A stretch of 64,000 bases of DNA. Origin: Chiloscyllium plagiosum (taxonomy: Eukaryota). Positions 11,915-23,189 of the stretch are shown one piece after another. Position 1 is the stretch's first letter, and every line of letters starts with the position of its first letter. The translations under genes and the position numbers were made by a program. The stretch spans positions 3,096,648 through 3,160,647 of the forward strand of contig NC_057753.1 of NCBI RefSeq assembly GCF_004010195.1, in the 5' to 3' direction. The notes beneath the pieces are model-generated. The model was not told the DNA's origin. It was given only the letters and a program-made list of their open reading frames with translations, and searched no databases.

Positions 11915-12262
11915 CTTCCAATTGAACCTGTTGGGCCAGAACCTGGCGTTTTAACTTTTCAAACTGCAGCCACAAAAATCACTGGGAGGGATTCAGTGAA
12001 ATTAAGGGTGAGCATCACAGATACCTTTTCAAGCCAATCTGGAGTCTAGACTGACGCCAATTGTCAAAAGTTCACTTGAGAATGTAACTTTTAAAAAGAA
12101 GTTTTGCGATTTACATATGAAAGAAGAGAAACTAACATGGTCATTCTAACAGATGAGAGACTTAACAAACAATCAAGGTATTTTTCAATGTATAATTTCA
12201 GTTCCATCACGGTGTAAACATTTGCTATAAATTCTGTATCTTACAATTGTATACTCCACAGC

Positions 12263-12297
12263 CACCTGATGAAGGAGCAGCGCTCCGAAAGCTAGTG
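12263..12297 (+). ncRNA. Minimal type-I hammerhead ribozyme motif (family A)
   Basis: cac-CTGATGA-A-GGAGC agc GCTCC-GAAA-GC-TA-gtg; predicted cleavage after 12294. Confidence 0.82.
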
Positions 12298-12443
12298 CTT
12301 CCAAATAAACCTGTTGGGCCAGAACCTGGCGTTTTAACTTTTCAAACTGCAGCCACAAAAATCAGTGACATTTACAGAATACTAAACTCCAGACTCTTCT
12401 GGGAGGTGTTAGCGTGATCAACAGCAGGATCTAACCCCAGCTA

Positions 12444-13118
12444 TCATTTGTGAACACGCTGATGTGTCAGCAGGTTTGATGGCTGACTGAAACCCTTCCC
12501 ACACACACAGCAGACAAATGGTTTCTCCCCAGTGTGAGTTCGCTGGTGTATTACCAGGTTAAAAGACTTTGTGAAACTCCTTCCACACACAGAGCACATG
12601 AACGGCCTCTCCCCTGTGTGAATTCGCTGGTGTATCAGAAGGTTGGATGGATGAGTGTATCCCTTCCCACACACAGAGCAAATGAAGCATCTCTCCCCAG
12701 TATGAACCCGTTGATGAGCTATAAGGTTGGGTGAAGACCTGAACATTTTCCCACAACTTGCACAGCTGAAAGGCCTCTCCTCTGTGTGTGTTTGTTGGTG
12801 TTCGAGCAAATGGGAGGACCGAGTGAATCCTTTCCCACACTCGGAGCAGGTGAACGGTCTCTCCCCTGTGTGAACTCGCTGGTGTGCAGTGAGGTTGGAT
12901 GAAGACCTGAACCGCTTTCCGCAGGAAGAGCACTTGAACGGCCTCTCCTCGGTGTGAGTTTGTTGGTGAGACTGGAGGCAGGATAACTGACTAAATGCTT
13001 TCTCGCAGACCGAGCAGGTGTATGGTTTCTCACCAGTGTGACTGCGTCGATGGTTTTCCAGTAGGGATGGGTAGTTGAATCCTTTACCACAATCCTCACA
13101 TTTCCATGGCTTCTCCAT
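12444..13118 (-). CDS. C2H2 zinc-finger protein, 8 tandem fingers (224 aa from the first ATG, MEKPWKC...)
   Basis: Intact ORF with 8 CxxC-x12-HxxxH units and TGE(K/R)P-type linkers; the track's start at 13148 is TTG, preceded by an in-frame TGA. Confidence 0.92.
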   Translation of the reverse strand: MEKPWKCEDCGKGFNYPSLLENHRRSHTGEKPYTCSVCEKAFSQLSCLQSHQQTHTEERPFKCSSCGKRFRSSSNLTAHQRVHTGERPFTCSECGKGFTRSSHLLEHQQTHTEERPFSCASCGKMFRSSPNLIAHQRVHTGERCFICSVCGKGYTHPSNLLIHQRIHTGERPFMCSVCGRSFTKSFNLVIHQRTHTGEKPFVCCVCGKGFSQPSNLLTHQRVHK

Positions 13119-13477
13119 CGTGCTGATCTCCTTCTCCGAATTGGACAATCATGAGAAACATCGTCCACTCACTGGGCGCATACAAACAGACGCTCTCTGC
13201 TGTGATGGTGCAATGTTTGTTCAAACTCCAGAACTGGTTCACGTACTTTGCTGGAACACTCCTATTTAGGAGGACGGGACAGGGGTGCTTCTCCAGTCTC
13301 TCAGTACCTCTTCAGTCACACGGAACGTCTGAAACATTTTCTCACAGAACAGGCAAATCCTTCCTCAGTCAAAGGCTCATCATATTCATCAAAGTCGTGG
13401 CCTGGTTCTTTATTTGGGTCCCCCCTCGAGAACACCTCCCTCTTTTTTAAGATCTTGCAATAAGGAGTTCACGAACT

Positions 13478-13860
13478 CTGTGCAACCAACCCGTATGACC
13501 TGGGGTGTGGGGGGAATGCAAGAAAAAAGAGTTTACAACATTCTCCTCCCCCACTCCCTCTGCAACCAAACCCCCCCTGACCTGGGGGGAAAATGCAGGG
13601 AAGTGGGTTTACAACATTCTCCTCCCCCCACTCCCCCTGTAACCAACCCCCCTGACCTGGGGGGGAAATGCAAGAAAGAGGGTTTACAACATTCTCCTCC
13701 CCTCACTTCCTCTGCAACCAACCCCCTGACCTGGGGGGAAAATGCAGGGAAGAGGGTTTACAACATTCTCCTCCCCCAACTCCCTGTGCATCAAATCGTA
13801 TGACCTGGAGGAAAATGCAGCGGAGTGTTTACAACATTGTTACTCCCACCTACTCCCTCA
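13478..13860. repeat. Minisatellite, 5 x ~75 bp, G/C-skewed
   Basis: Units start tgacctgg at 13496, 13578, 13653, 13727 and 13801; core gtttacaacatt. Confidence 0.95.
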
Positions 13861-13867
13861 TCTGCAG

Positions 13868-14230
13868 GTCCGCGCAGGCGCACCCACTGTCCGGAGCAGG
13901 CGCAGTACACCTGTCGCCAGCTGCAGGGCTCGATCTGCCTCGCTTTGGAGCGGCCGACGCCGGGGCTGGGGTGGGATCGAACAGCGAGCGGCGTCTCGCG
14001 CTGGCCCGAGCCGGTTGCCCTGGAAACCTTTGTCTCGGCGAGCAAGTGGAAAAGGAAGGGGAAACAATGGGTGGAGGGGGCGGGGCTCCGTCGCCGTCCG
14101 CTTCGCCTCCAGCCTTGGGATCCGAGGACGTCACTGTCGAGCGCTGCTGCCGTCCCTCTATTGGCTTCTCGAGTCGTTCCCCGCCCCCAAAGGTTGTCGT
14201 CACAATGCGTCTCAATGCCCAATGAGCTTC
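13868..14230. promoter_or_regulatory. CpG island, probable bidirectional promoter of the two flanking ZNF genes
   Basis: CpG-dense; NRF1-like gcgcaggcgca near 13872; GC boxes near 14077 and 14179; CCAAT boxes near 14160 and 14219; CRE-like gacgtca near 14127. Confidence 0.8.
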
Positions 14231-15104
14231 CAGAGTAGGACTGCCTCTTCTGTGCAACCTCTGGGTGCAAATTGATGTAACCCTTTCTATTTCTCTTCTC
14301 ACCCTGGGAGGCTGGGAAGGAGGGGAGAAACTGGCCACTTGTGTCATAGGAAGGAAATGCAAGGGACGGGCAGATTTTGCAATGGTTAGTTCTTCAAAGT
14401 GGGCCTGAATTTTCAGGATTGTCAAAGAAGCAAAGGTGGTCAATGGTGACTTGCCAAGTGCTTCATGGAACAGACAGGGTAAATGCAGGTAAGGTGTTTC
14501 CCCTGGCCAGAGAGTCAAGAAACATGTGGCAGAATTTTAAAACTTACCGGCATGCCGTTTAAGATCAAAACGTTGAGATTTTCATTTTAACTCTTGAGAT
14601 CTGTGGAAGCCTGGTCTTTAAGGGTGTTTCGAGGAAAGGTTAATGGAGTTCTTAATACTAATGGCATAAAGAGTTAAATGGATACTGTGGATGCAAGGTT
14701 TTGAAGTGTTTGATCAGCCATGAACAACTTAAATGGCAGTTGTGGCATTTCTGTTCCTATTCAGGGCTCTCTCTGTTAAAAGTATTGTCATTCTTTACTG
14801 CCTTGGCTTGGCACATTTATTTTTCTGGTTCAAAGGTGGACTGTATCCTAATGTTCACAATTAAAGGGATGGCTTCCTAAGAAAGGACTTAATTTTAAAG
14901 GGACAGTAAATTTATGTAAGACTCAAGGTATATCTCATATTGTTCCTTGGTACGTATTTAATATATTGCCTATAGTTCTTTAAACTTTATTCACAATTCT
15001 TTCTAGTCTAACAATACAGTGCTGTAGGTACAATATATATTTCTGGATTGATTCAATATGGAATAGGAGTCCATTCAGCAGTTTGAGTACACACTAACTC
15101 TGTG

Positions 15105-15741
15105 GACATGATATGGTGGTGCCGCTGTTGGACTGGGTGGACATTAAAAATCACACAAATCCAACAGGTTTAGTTGGAAGCACTAGCTTTCGGAGCGTTG
15201 CTGCAACTATTGGGGCAGCATCATAGGACACAGACTTTATAACAAAAGATCACAGTGTCATACAACCGATGCGACATATTGAACTGTATATCTTTCATCT
15301 CTTAGAATGTGTTGCAAGTTTCGATTCCTTAAAATGTAAATCCCAGAACTTCTTTCAGGTCATGTTCCTGAGATAACTTAAGGTTTTATTGGAAAAAAAA
15401 GTGACATCTCAGCTCAGGACACCTTTAATGCATTGTCTGAGCTGAGATGTCAACTTTTTTGATAAAATCTTAAGTTATCTCGGGAATGTGACTTGAAAGA
15501 AGTTCTGGATTTACGTAGTAATGAACTGAAACCTGCAACCCAGTCTAAAAGGTGAAAGGCTCAACAGCAATCCAGGTTAGTTCAATATATCACATCAGTT
15601 GTATGACACTATGACCTTTTACTGTAAATTCTGTGTCCTATGATCCTAACCCACTAGCATCCTGACAAAGGAGCAGCACTCTGAAAGCTAGTATATCCAA
15701 ATAAACCAGTTAGAGTATAACCTGGTGTTGTGTGATTTTTA
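15105..15741. mobile_element. Long palindromic Penelope-like terminus element (family A, ~300-bp arms)
   Basis: Arms mirror around ~15425 (gtgacatctcagctcag / ctgagctgagatgtca); degenerate hammerheads near 15181 (-) and 15662 (+); TSD actaactctgtg 15093-15104 / actaattctgtg 15742-15753. Confidence 0.85.
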
Positions 15742-16502
15742 ACTAATTCTGTGCAGCAGTCCAATAGGTTCCATGATCCCACTATATCCCCATAGCCTTG
15801 CAAGACTTTTACCTCAGTGCACACACAATTTCAGTTTGATTTCATGGATTGTCTTTGCTTTCACCTTGCTCACTGGCTCTGATTTCAGGTCATGACACTG
15901 AATGTCTGGCAGTATTTCTAATCAGAAATAGTGGACTGTATATAACAGATTTTTTTTTAAGATCCACTAATACGTACGTATATGTAGGGTGAAGATTTTC
16001 AGAAAGGACGTGTTAAGTGTCAATCAGCCTGAGTAGAGTGTGGGAAGATTGCTCATGGTGTTTGGAGATTAACAGAGAAAAGAAAGAAATTAGAATTATC
16101 TGTTCTGAATTGATTTCCTCTACTGTCAATCCTAACGTTTGTAAACTCCTTTTACAGTAAATTGGAAGGGAAGGATCTGCAGACATAAATGTCAAGTCAA
16201 AGGCCAAGTCAAGATCAGACTGAATCACTTAATTCATCCGGATGTGACTATCACCAGTCTGTGAATCAACAAACAAAGTCGTGTTTAGCCAACTCCAGTA
16301 GTTATTAAGCATCAGGAACTGGAAAAACAGGAGATATAACTGAGTGAGAATTCTTCCGTGCATTGACTGTGCAAAGAAACAGAAGCAGTTCCACAGCCTG
16401 AAGTTGAATTGCGTTGTTCCCCATGGGGAAGAGCCGGTTCTGTGTGCAGATGAAGCTTCCATCAATCATTTAACCTGAACTTTCGTGGGACACACACACA
16501 CC

Positions 16503-17429
16503 ATGGAGAAACCGTGGAAATGTGAGGACTGTGGGAAGGGATTCCGCTCCCCATCGGTGTTGGAAACACATCGACGCAGTCACACTGGTGAGAGGCCCTT
16601 CAGCTGCCCTGAGTGTGGGAAAGGATTCGGTGATTCCTCCACTCTGAAGAGACACGAGCGAGTTCACAGGCAGCAGAAGCCGTTCGCCTGCTCCATGTGC
16701 GGCAAGGGCTTCACTCAGTCCTGCCACCTGCTGACCCACCAGCGGGTTCACACCGGGGAGAGACCCTTCACCTGCTCCGAGTGCGGGAAGGGCTTCACTC
16801 AGTCGTCCGTGCTGCTGCGACACCGGCGCGTTCACGTCGAGGAGAGACCCTTCACCTGCACAGCGTGCGGGAAGGGCTTCACCCAGTCCTCGGACCTGCT
16901 GACGCACCAGCGGGTTCACACCAAGGAGAGGCCCTTCACCTGTTCCACCTGTGGGAAGAGGTTCGCTCACTCGTCCACCCTGCTGAGGCACCAGCGGGAC
17001 CACACTGGGAAGAGGCCGTTCGCTTGCTCCGAATGTGGGAAGGGCTTCGCTCAGTTTTCCGACTTGGTGCGCCACCGGCGGGTCCACACTGGGGAGTGCC
17101 CTTTCACCTGCTCCACGTGTGGGAAGGGATTCAGTCAGTCGTCCAGCGTGCTCAGGCACCACAGCAGCCACTCCAACGAAAGGCCTTTCAAATGCTCCGA
17201 CTGCGGGGGTAGCTTCAAAACAGCTGAGGACCTGATGGTCCACCAGAGGATTCACACCGAGGAGAGACCGTACGGCTGCTCCCGCTGCGCGAAGAGGTTC
17301 CGAACAGTATCCAGCCTGCGGAGACACCAGCGCATTCACACTGGGGAGCGGCCGTTCGAGTGCTCCGTGTGTGGGAAGGCATTTGCTCAGTCGTCCAACT
17401 TGCTGACGCACCAGCAAGTGCACGAGTGA
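16503..17429 (+). CDS. C2H2 zinc-finger protein, 11 tandem fingers (308 aa, MEKPWKC...)
   Basis: Intact ORF with good Kozak context (accATGg); 11 canonical fingers; upstream acceptor ccttttacAG at 16156-16157. Confidence 0.94.
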   Translation: MEKPWKCEDCGKGFRSPSVLETHRRSHTGERPFSCPECGKGFGDSSTLKRHERVHRQQKPFACSMCGKGFTQSCHLLTHQRVHTGERPFTCSECGKGFTQSSVLLRHRRVHVEERPFTCTACGKGFTQSSDLLTHQRVHTKERPFTCSTCGKRFAHSSTLLRHQRDHTGKRPFACSECGKGFAQFSDLVRHRRVHTGECPFTCSTCGKGFSQSSSVLRHHSSHSNERPFKCSDCGGSFKTAEDLMVHQRIHTEERPYGCSRCAKRFRTVSSLRRHQRIHTGERPFECSVCGKAFAQSSNLLTHQQVHE

Positions 17430-17816
17430 TTACCGTCATTTGGATTCTGCCGTTATCGCCGCTGTCGGTCACATCCCGGGCCGAACCCTGTTCGTTCTGA
17501 CAGTGAGCGAAGTGGGAGAGTTGGCGGGATTTCCTTTTGCCGCACTGGCCGCTCTCACCCCTTTGCTTCCAGTGGGGCGGATGATCTTGGAGTCTGGAAC
17601 TGCACATACCCACTGAAATGAGCCTTTGAAGTTGATGACACGGCTTTGTCTTTTTGGAAACCGTCAAGGATCGAGCTAAAATGAATGCATTTCTCTCTTC
17701 TTTTTCCATTGAGTGTCCAACCCATGGCCAGAGAAGTCGGCTCAGTTGATCTCTGTCAGTATCTACGATCCATATGAACCTCTCTAAGCTCCACCTCCAT
17801 CATCACATAGAAGATA

Positions 17817-18110
17817 TGATTAGATTACAGTGTGGAAACAAGCCCGTCGGCCCAACAAGTCCACACCGACCTGCCGAAGCGCAACCCACCAAGCCCCATT
17901 TCCCTACATTTACCCCTTCACCTAACACTATGGAGCAATTTAGCAAGGCCAATTCACCTAACCTGCACATTTTTGGATTGTGGGAGGAAACCGGAGCACC
18001 CGGAGGAAACCCACACAGACACAGGGAGAATGTACAAACTCCACACAGACAGTCACCTGAGGCGGGTCTTTGGCGCTGTGAGGCAGCAGTGCTAACCACT
18101 GAGCCACCGT
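17817..18110 (-). mobile_element. HE1-type SINE
   Basis: Head / V / tail. Confidence 0.9.
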
Positions 18111-18534
18111 GAACATTCCAGTGCAGTACAGGCCTCTGTTCCAGGCTCATGAACATGTATAGATCCTTTCCAGATAAAGCCAGAGCTTTACAGACAATTC
18201 GGGCAGTTGTAAATCTGGGAGATGAAGCTGGATCGCTCAGCAGGACTTGCCAGTGCCCTGGGTGGGTGGGTGGTACCCACTTTGAACCTGACCACTTCAG
18301 TCCGGCCCTATCCCTGTGATCCACCGACGGGCACAACCGACATGGTCGAGAATGTCGAAAGGACCAACAGCGAGGGTGAGCACTTTTGTGGCCAAGCCTA
18401 AACCAAATGGTGCCATCAAACTCTTGTGTTGCTCTACGACAGAGGAGTGAAGGAATGTCACTCCCATCCAACTGTGGTGAAAACTTTAAGGGGTTAGCAC
18501 ATTGAACAGTACAGCATTGTCCAGGCACTTTGGT

Positions 18535-18838
18535 CCTACAGTGTGGAAACAGGCCCTTCGGCCCAACCAGTCCACACTGACCCTCCGAATAGTAACCCAC
18601 CCAAACACATCTCCCTCTGACTAATGCACCTAACACTACGGGCAATTTAGCATAGCCAGTTCACCCTGACCTGCACATCTTTGGACTGTGGGAGGAAACC
18701 GGAGCACCCGGAGGAAACCCACGCAGACACGGGGAGAATGTGCAAACTCCACACAGATAGTTGCCCGAGAGTGGAATCAAGCCTGGGACCCTGGTGCTGT
18801 GAGGCAGCAGTGCTAACCACTGAGCCACTGTGCCGCCC
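18535..18838 (-). mobile_element. HE1-type SINE
   Basis: Head / V / tail. Confidence 0.9.
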
Positions 18839-18839
18839 C

Positions 18840-19362
18840 ACTCTAAGATTAGACTAACCCACATACCCTCCATTGTATTATCTTCCATGTGCCTATCCAA
18901 GTGCCGCTTAAGTGTCCCTAATGTATCTGACTCTGCTGGCAGTGTATTCCACGCACCCCCCATTCTCTGTGTGAAGAACTCTGACATCTCCCCTAAGCCT
19001 TCCTCCAATCACCTTACAATTATGCCCCCCCTCCCTCGTGATAGCCATTTCCACCCTGGGAAAAAGTCTCTGGCTGTCCACTCTATCCAAGCCTCTCCTC
19101 ATCTTGTACACCTCTGTCAAGTCACCGTTCATCTTTCCAATGAGAAAAGCCCTATCTCCCTCATCCTTTCTTCATAAGATAAGCCCTCCAGTCCAGGCAG
19201 CATCCTGGGAAATCTCATCTGCACCCTCTCTAAAACTTCCACCTCCTTCCTACAAGAGGCGACCAGAACGGAACACAATATTCCAAGTGTGGTCGCACCA
19301 GGAATCGATAGAGCTGCAGCATAACCTTGCAGCTTTTAAACTCAATCCCCCTGCTAATGAAA
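18840..19362 (-). mobile_element. CR1-clade LINE 3' fragment
   Basis: GDLTEVYKMRRGLDRVDSQRLFP, FFTQRM..AWN.LP. Confidence 0.85.
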
Positions 19363-19365
19363 GCC

Positions 19366-19645
19366 ACACAGTGGCTCAGTGGTTAGCACTGCCGCCTCAC
19401 AGCACCAGGGTCCCAGGTTCAACTCCAGCCTTGGGTGACTGTCTGTGTGGAGTTTACACATTCTGCTCGTGTCTGCATTGGTTTCCTCCCAGAGTCCAAA
19501 CATATGTAGATCGGGTGAATTGGCCAGGCTAAATTGCCCACTGTGTCAGGTGCATTAGTCAGAGGGAAATGGGCCTGGGTGGGTTACTCTTCGGAGGGTC
19601 AGTGTGAACTGGTTGTGCTGAAGGGCCTGTTTCCACACAGTAGGG
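19366..19645 (+). mobile_element. HE1-type SINE
   Basis: Head / V / tail. Confidence 0.88.
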
Positions 19646-19859
19646 AAGTGAAACTTGGAAGCCAGCAGCTGGAGTTCCATCCCTGTTTAAGGAAGAGAAT
19701 AACCTTTTCCCTCATTTTGGACTTCCCTAATACAGGTGTTTGCTGTTTGCCTGTGCCAAGGACACCGTTTCTTAGCGAAGGAGCCCAAAACTGCGCACAG
19801 ACTCCAGGTGTGGTCTCACCAAGCACTGCATGCCTGCTGTCAGACCGCCTTGCTCCTGT

Positions 19860-20014
19860 GGGCTTCACCAGTTTCCTCATTTCCCCTCCCCCCACCTCAG
19901 CGCCCAAAACGTCGATTTTCCTGCTCCTGGGATGCTGCCTGACCTGCTGTGCTTTTCCAGCACCACTCTGATCTGAACTCTGGTTTCCAGCATCTGCAGT
20001 CCTCACGTTTGCCT
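19860..20014 (+). mobile_element. Penelope-like terminus insertion (family B)
   Basis: gcccaaaacgtcgattttcctgctcctgggatgctgcctgacc...catctgcagtcctcac; TSD ccttgctcctgt 19848-19859 / ccctgctcctgt 20015-20026. Confidence 0.75.
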
Positions 20015-20772
20015 CCCTGCTCCTGTACTGAAAAACCCTTTTGCGATAAAGGACAACATTCCATTTGTCTTCCTTGCCATACCTACATGCTTCCTTTGAA
20101 AGAATGGTATACAAGGCCATGCAGGTCCCTTTCCATATCAACATTTCAAAATCCCATCACCAATAAGATCGTACTCTGCCATCCTGACTTTCCTGTCAAA
20201 CTAGATAACTTCACACTTATACTACAATTGCTGCACAATTGCCCATTTGCTTAACTTTTGTCAATTCCACCTTCCCCCCCCACCCCTCCACACACACACA
20301 TTCTTCCTGGAAGCCTCTTTATATCCTGCTCACTCACAATCCGCCTAGTTTTGTGTGAATAAACTTAAAAATCTTACGTTTGATTCTCCCACCCAAATTG
20401 TTGATGTATACCCTGACTGGCTGGGGGCTGATCATTGTGGTGCCCGACTTGTCAAAGCTAAACACTCCAAGAAAGATTAATTTATTTCTACTGTCTGTTT
20501 CGTGTCTGCTAACTCATTCTCGATCCATGCAAGTATATTCCTACCAAATTTTGCACGCTAACTTCTCATGTATGAAAAATTCAGATTCTCCCATTTACTG
20601 GTTCTCCCATTCCTATTCTGTTAGTTATCCTTAACACTTCCCGTAGTATTAGAACATAGAACAGTACAGCGCAGAACAGGCCCTTCGGCCCTTAATGTTG
20701 CGCCGACCTGTGAACTATTCTCAGCTCGTCTCCCTATACGATCCCAAAATCTACCATGTGCTTATCTAAGGA

Positions 20773-21813
20773 CTGTGTAGTTGTCTGGATACAGAATTGG
20801 CTGGCCAACAGAAGGAAGGGTGGAAGGAAAATATTCTGCCTGGAAGTCAGTGGTGAGTGGTGTTCCACAGGGCTCTGTCCTTGGGCCTCTATTGTTTGTA
20901 GTTTTTATTAATGACTTGGATGAAGGGATTGAAGGATGGGTCGGCAAGTTTGCAGATGACACAATGGTTGGAGGTGTCGTTGACGGTATAGAGGGCTGTT
21001 GTAGGCTGCAGCGGGACATTGACAGGATGCAGAGATGGGCTGATAGATGGCAGATGGAGTTCAACCTGGATAATTACGAGGTGATGCATTTTGGAAGGTC
21101 GAATTTGAAAGCTGAGTACAGGATTAAGGATAGGATTCTTGGCAGTGTGGAGGAACAGAGGGATCTTGGTGTGCAGGTACATAGATCCCTTAAAATGGCC
21201 ACCCAAGTGGACAGGGTTGTTAAGAAATCATATGGTGTTTTGGCTTTCATTAACGGGGGTATTGAGTTTAAGAGTTGTGAGATCTTGTTGCAGCTCTATA
21301 AAACTTTGGTTAGACTGCACTTGGAATACTGCGTCCAGTTCAGGAAAGATGTGGATGCTTTGTAGAGGGTTTAGAGGAGGTTTACCAGAATGCTGCCTGT
21401 ACTGGAGGGCTTGTCTTATGAGGAGAGGTTGACTGAGCTCGGACCTTTTTCATTGGAGAAAAGGAGGAGAAGAGGGGACCTAATTGAGGTATACAAGGTA
21501 ATGAGAGGCATAGATAGAGTCGATAGCCAGAGACTATTTCCCAGGGCAGAAATGACTAACATGAGCGGTCATAGTTTTAAGCTGGTTGGAGGAAAGTATA
21601 GAGGGGATGTCAGAGGCGGGTTCTTTACACAGAGAGTTGTGAGAGCATGGAATGCGTTGCCAGCAGCAGTTGTAGAGGCAGGGTCATTGGGGACATTTAA
21701 GAGATTCCTGGACATGCATATGGTCACAGAAATGTAAGGGTGCATACTTGAGGATCAGTGGTCGGCACAACATAGTGGGCTGAAGGGCCTGTTCTGTGCT
21801 GTACTGTTCTATG
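20773..21813 (+). mobile_element. CR1-clade LINE RT 3' kilobase, nested in an opposite-strand CR1 3' fragment (20650-20772 plus 21814-21965)
   Basis: SGVPQGSVLGPLLFVVFINDLD, KFADDT, LYKTLVRLHLEYCVQF, RRRRGDLIEVYK; the flanks join into one minus-strand tail. Confidence 0.9.
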
Positions 21814-22129
21814 TTTAAATCTCCCTAATGTGGCTGAGTTGACTATATTGGCAGGTAGGGCATTCCACACCCTTACCACTCTCTGTGTAAAGAACCTGCC
21901 TCTGACATCTGTCTTAAATCTATCACCCCTCAATTTGTAGTTATGCCCCCCTCGTAAAAGCTGACCTCAACTATTGTCAAACATCGTTCCCCTTTCATAA
22001 ATCTGTGTTGACTTTGTGGAACCCTATATTTACTTTGTAAATGTCCAGTTATCACATAATTGACTTCAGCATTTCCCTGCTACTGATGTTAGGCTCATCA
22101 GGAATCAAGGAGGAATATTTCTCTATTGT

Positions 22130-22600
22130 GTCTGGAAAAGCCTATGTTTGCGCTCATGCACACACACATGAGTGTTTCAGTGCACTGACTGGGGTAAGAC
22201 CTTCAATCAGTTGTACAACCTAAAAAACTGTGGCAGTTACAGTGAGCAGAGGCTGCGTACATGCTCTGTGTGAGGATGAGGCTTTCACCCATCATCAAGG
22301 GTGGAATGACACGAGCAGGCGCACACACCGGAGAAAATGTGGGGACTGTGGGAAGAGATTCCATTCCCCGTCTGGGCCGGAAACTCCTCAAGCACTGCTG
22401 CACTGCGCTGAGGCTGCTTACCTGGGAAGGAACTCGCCCGGCCGTCCAGCCCCGCTGACACACAAGCACAGGTACACCGGAGAGGGACCACGTTCCTGTG
22501 TCAGAAGGGATTCGCTCAGCCCTCCATCCTGTGGAGGCCTCAGTGAGTCCACAGCAGGCAGAGGCTGTTGACCTCTTCATCAACTATGGTGAGTTCACAA
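22130..22600 (+). pseudogene. Highly decayed C2H2 zinc-finger remnant
   Basis: KCGDCGKRFHSPSGPET and H/YTGE-like linkers; multiple frameshifts. Confidence 0.65.
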
Positions 22601-23189
22601 ATGATCACCATGTTACAATTTGGCAAGAAGTGATCAACTGAGTCCCTTCCGTTCAACCTCCTCCGTGGGTCACAACAAAGGTCTCAGTTCCTTTTGCTTG
22701 CTGCCGTACCCCTCTCTGATTGAAAATGAGATGTACTCTGCTTGGCTGTAATAAGGAACCAATCAATGCAATTCACAAGTCAAACAAAGAGCAAATCTAT
22801 TACCTGTGAAAGCTAATTTTAAAAAACACTTGGTGTTAAGTGTGGAGCCTTTGTTCAGTCACTTGTGCCCACATACATACAGGTACGCAGAGAAATGGTG
22901 TCTAATGTAAAGGAAGATGAAAGAACATAATGTTTGAATGTGGTTGTTTTGAGGTTTCACCTGAACCCGTGTGGTTTTGCTTGTTTCTTGGATGAGGTCA
23001 GTCGGGGCCAAATTCATTCATAATCAATTTTCTCTAAAGCGCGAATCACCTTTTTTTTTTAAACATGGGCACTAATTCCAAAGGGAGAGAAAGTTCTTAG
23101 ACTGGATGTTAGTGTAATTTTTTTTCAATTCATTTGTAGGACTTGGGCATCACGATAGCCCATCCCTATTTATTAGAATGAATGAATGC

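Larger units (their letters stand above)
11598..12364 (+). repeat. Direct tandem repeat, 2 x ~382 bp, each unit carrying a Penelope terminus with a hammerhead
   Basis: Units start at 11598 and 11979 (tcactgggagggattcagtg...); about 95% identical by eye. Confidence 0.95.

Noticed and set aside
13478..13860. CRISPR-like regularly spaced repeats
   Set aside because: The whole unit is repeated with no unique spacers, there are no cas genes, and the context is vertebrate
13668..14518. Several overlapping 130-220-aa ORFs; similar ones at 35.3-36.0 and 44.7-45.5 kb
   Set aside because: Stop-poor GC-rich CpG islands and minisatellite; no recognisable domain
16470..17423. 317-aa antisense ORF, plus alternative-frame ORFs over all three ZNF genes
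   Set aside because: Shadow frames produced by the periodic, GC-rich finger codons; no independent coding features
22611..23090. Possible antisense LTR remnants starting tgttaca (and a similar one at ~41478-41760)
   Set aside because: Could not find a matching CA end or TSD; left uncalled
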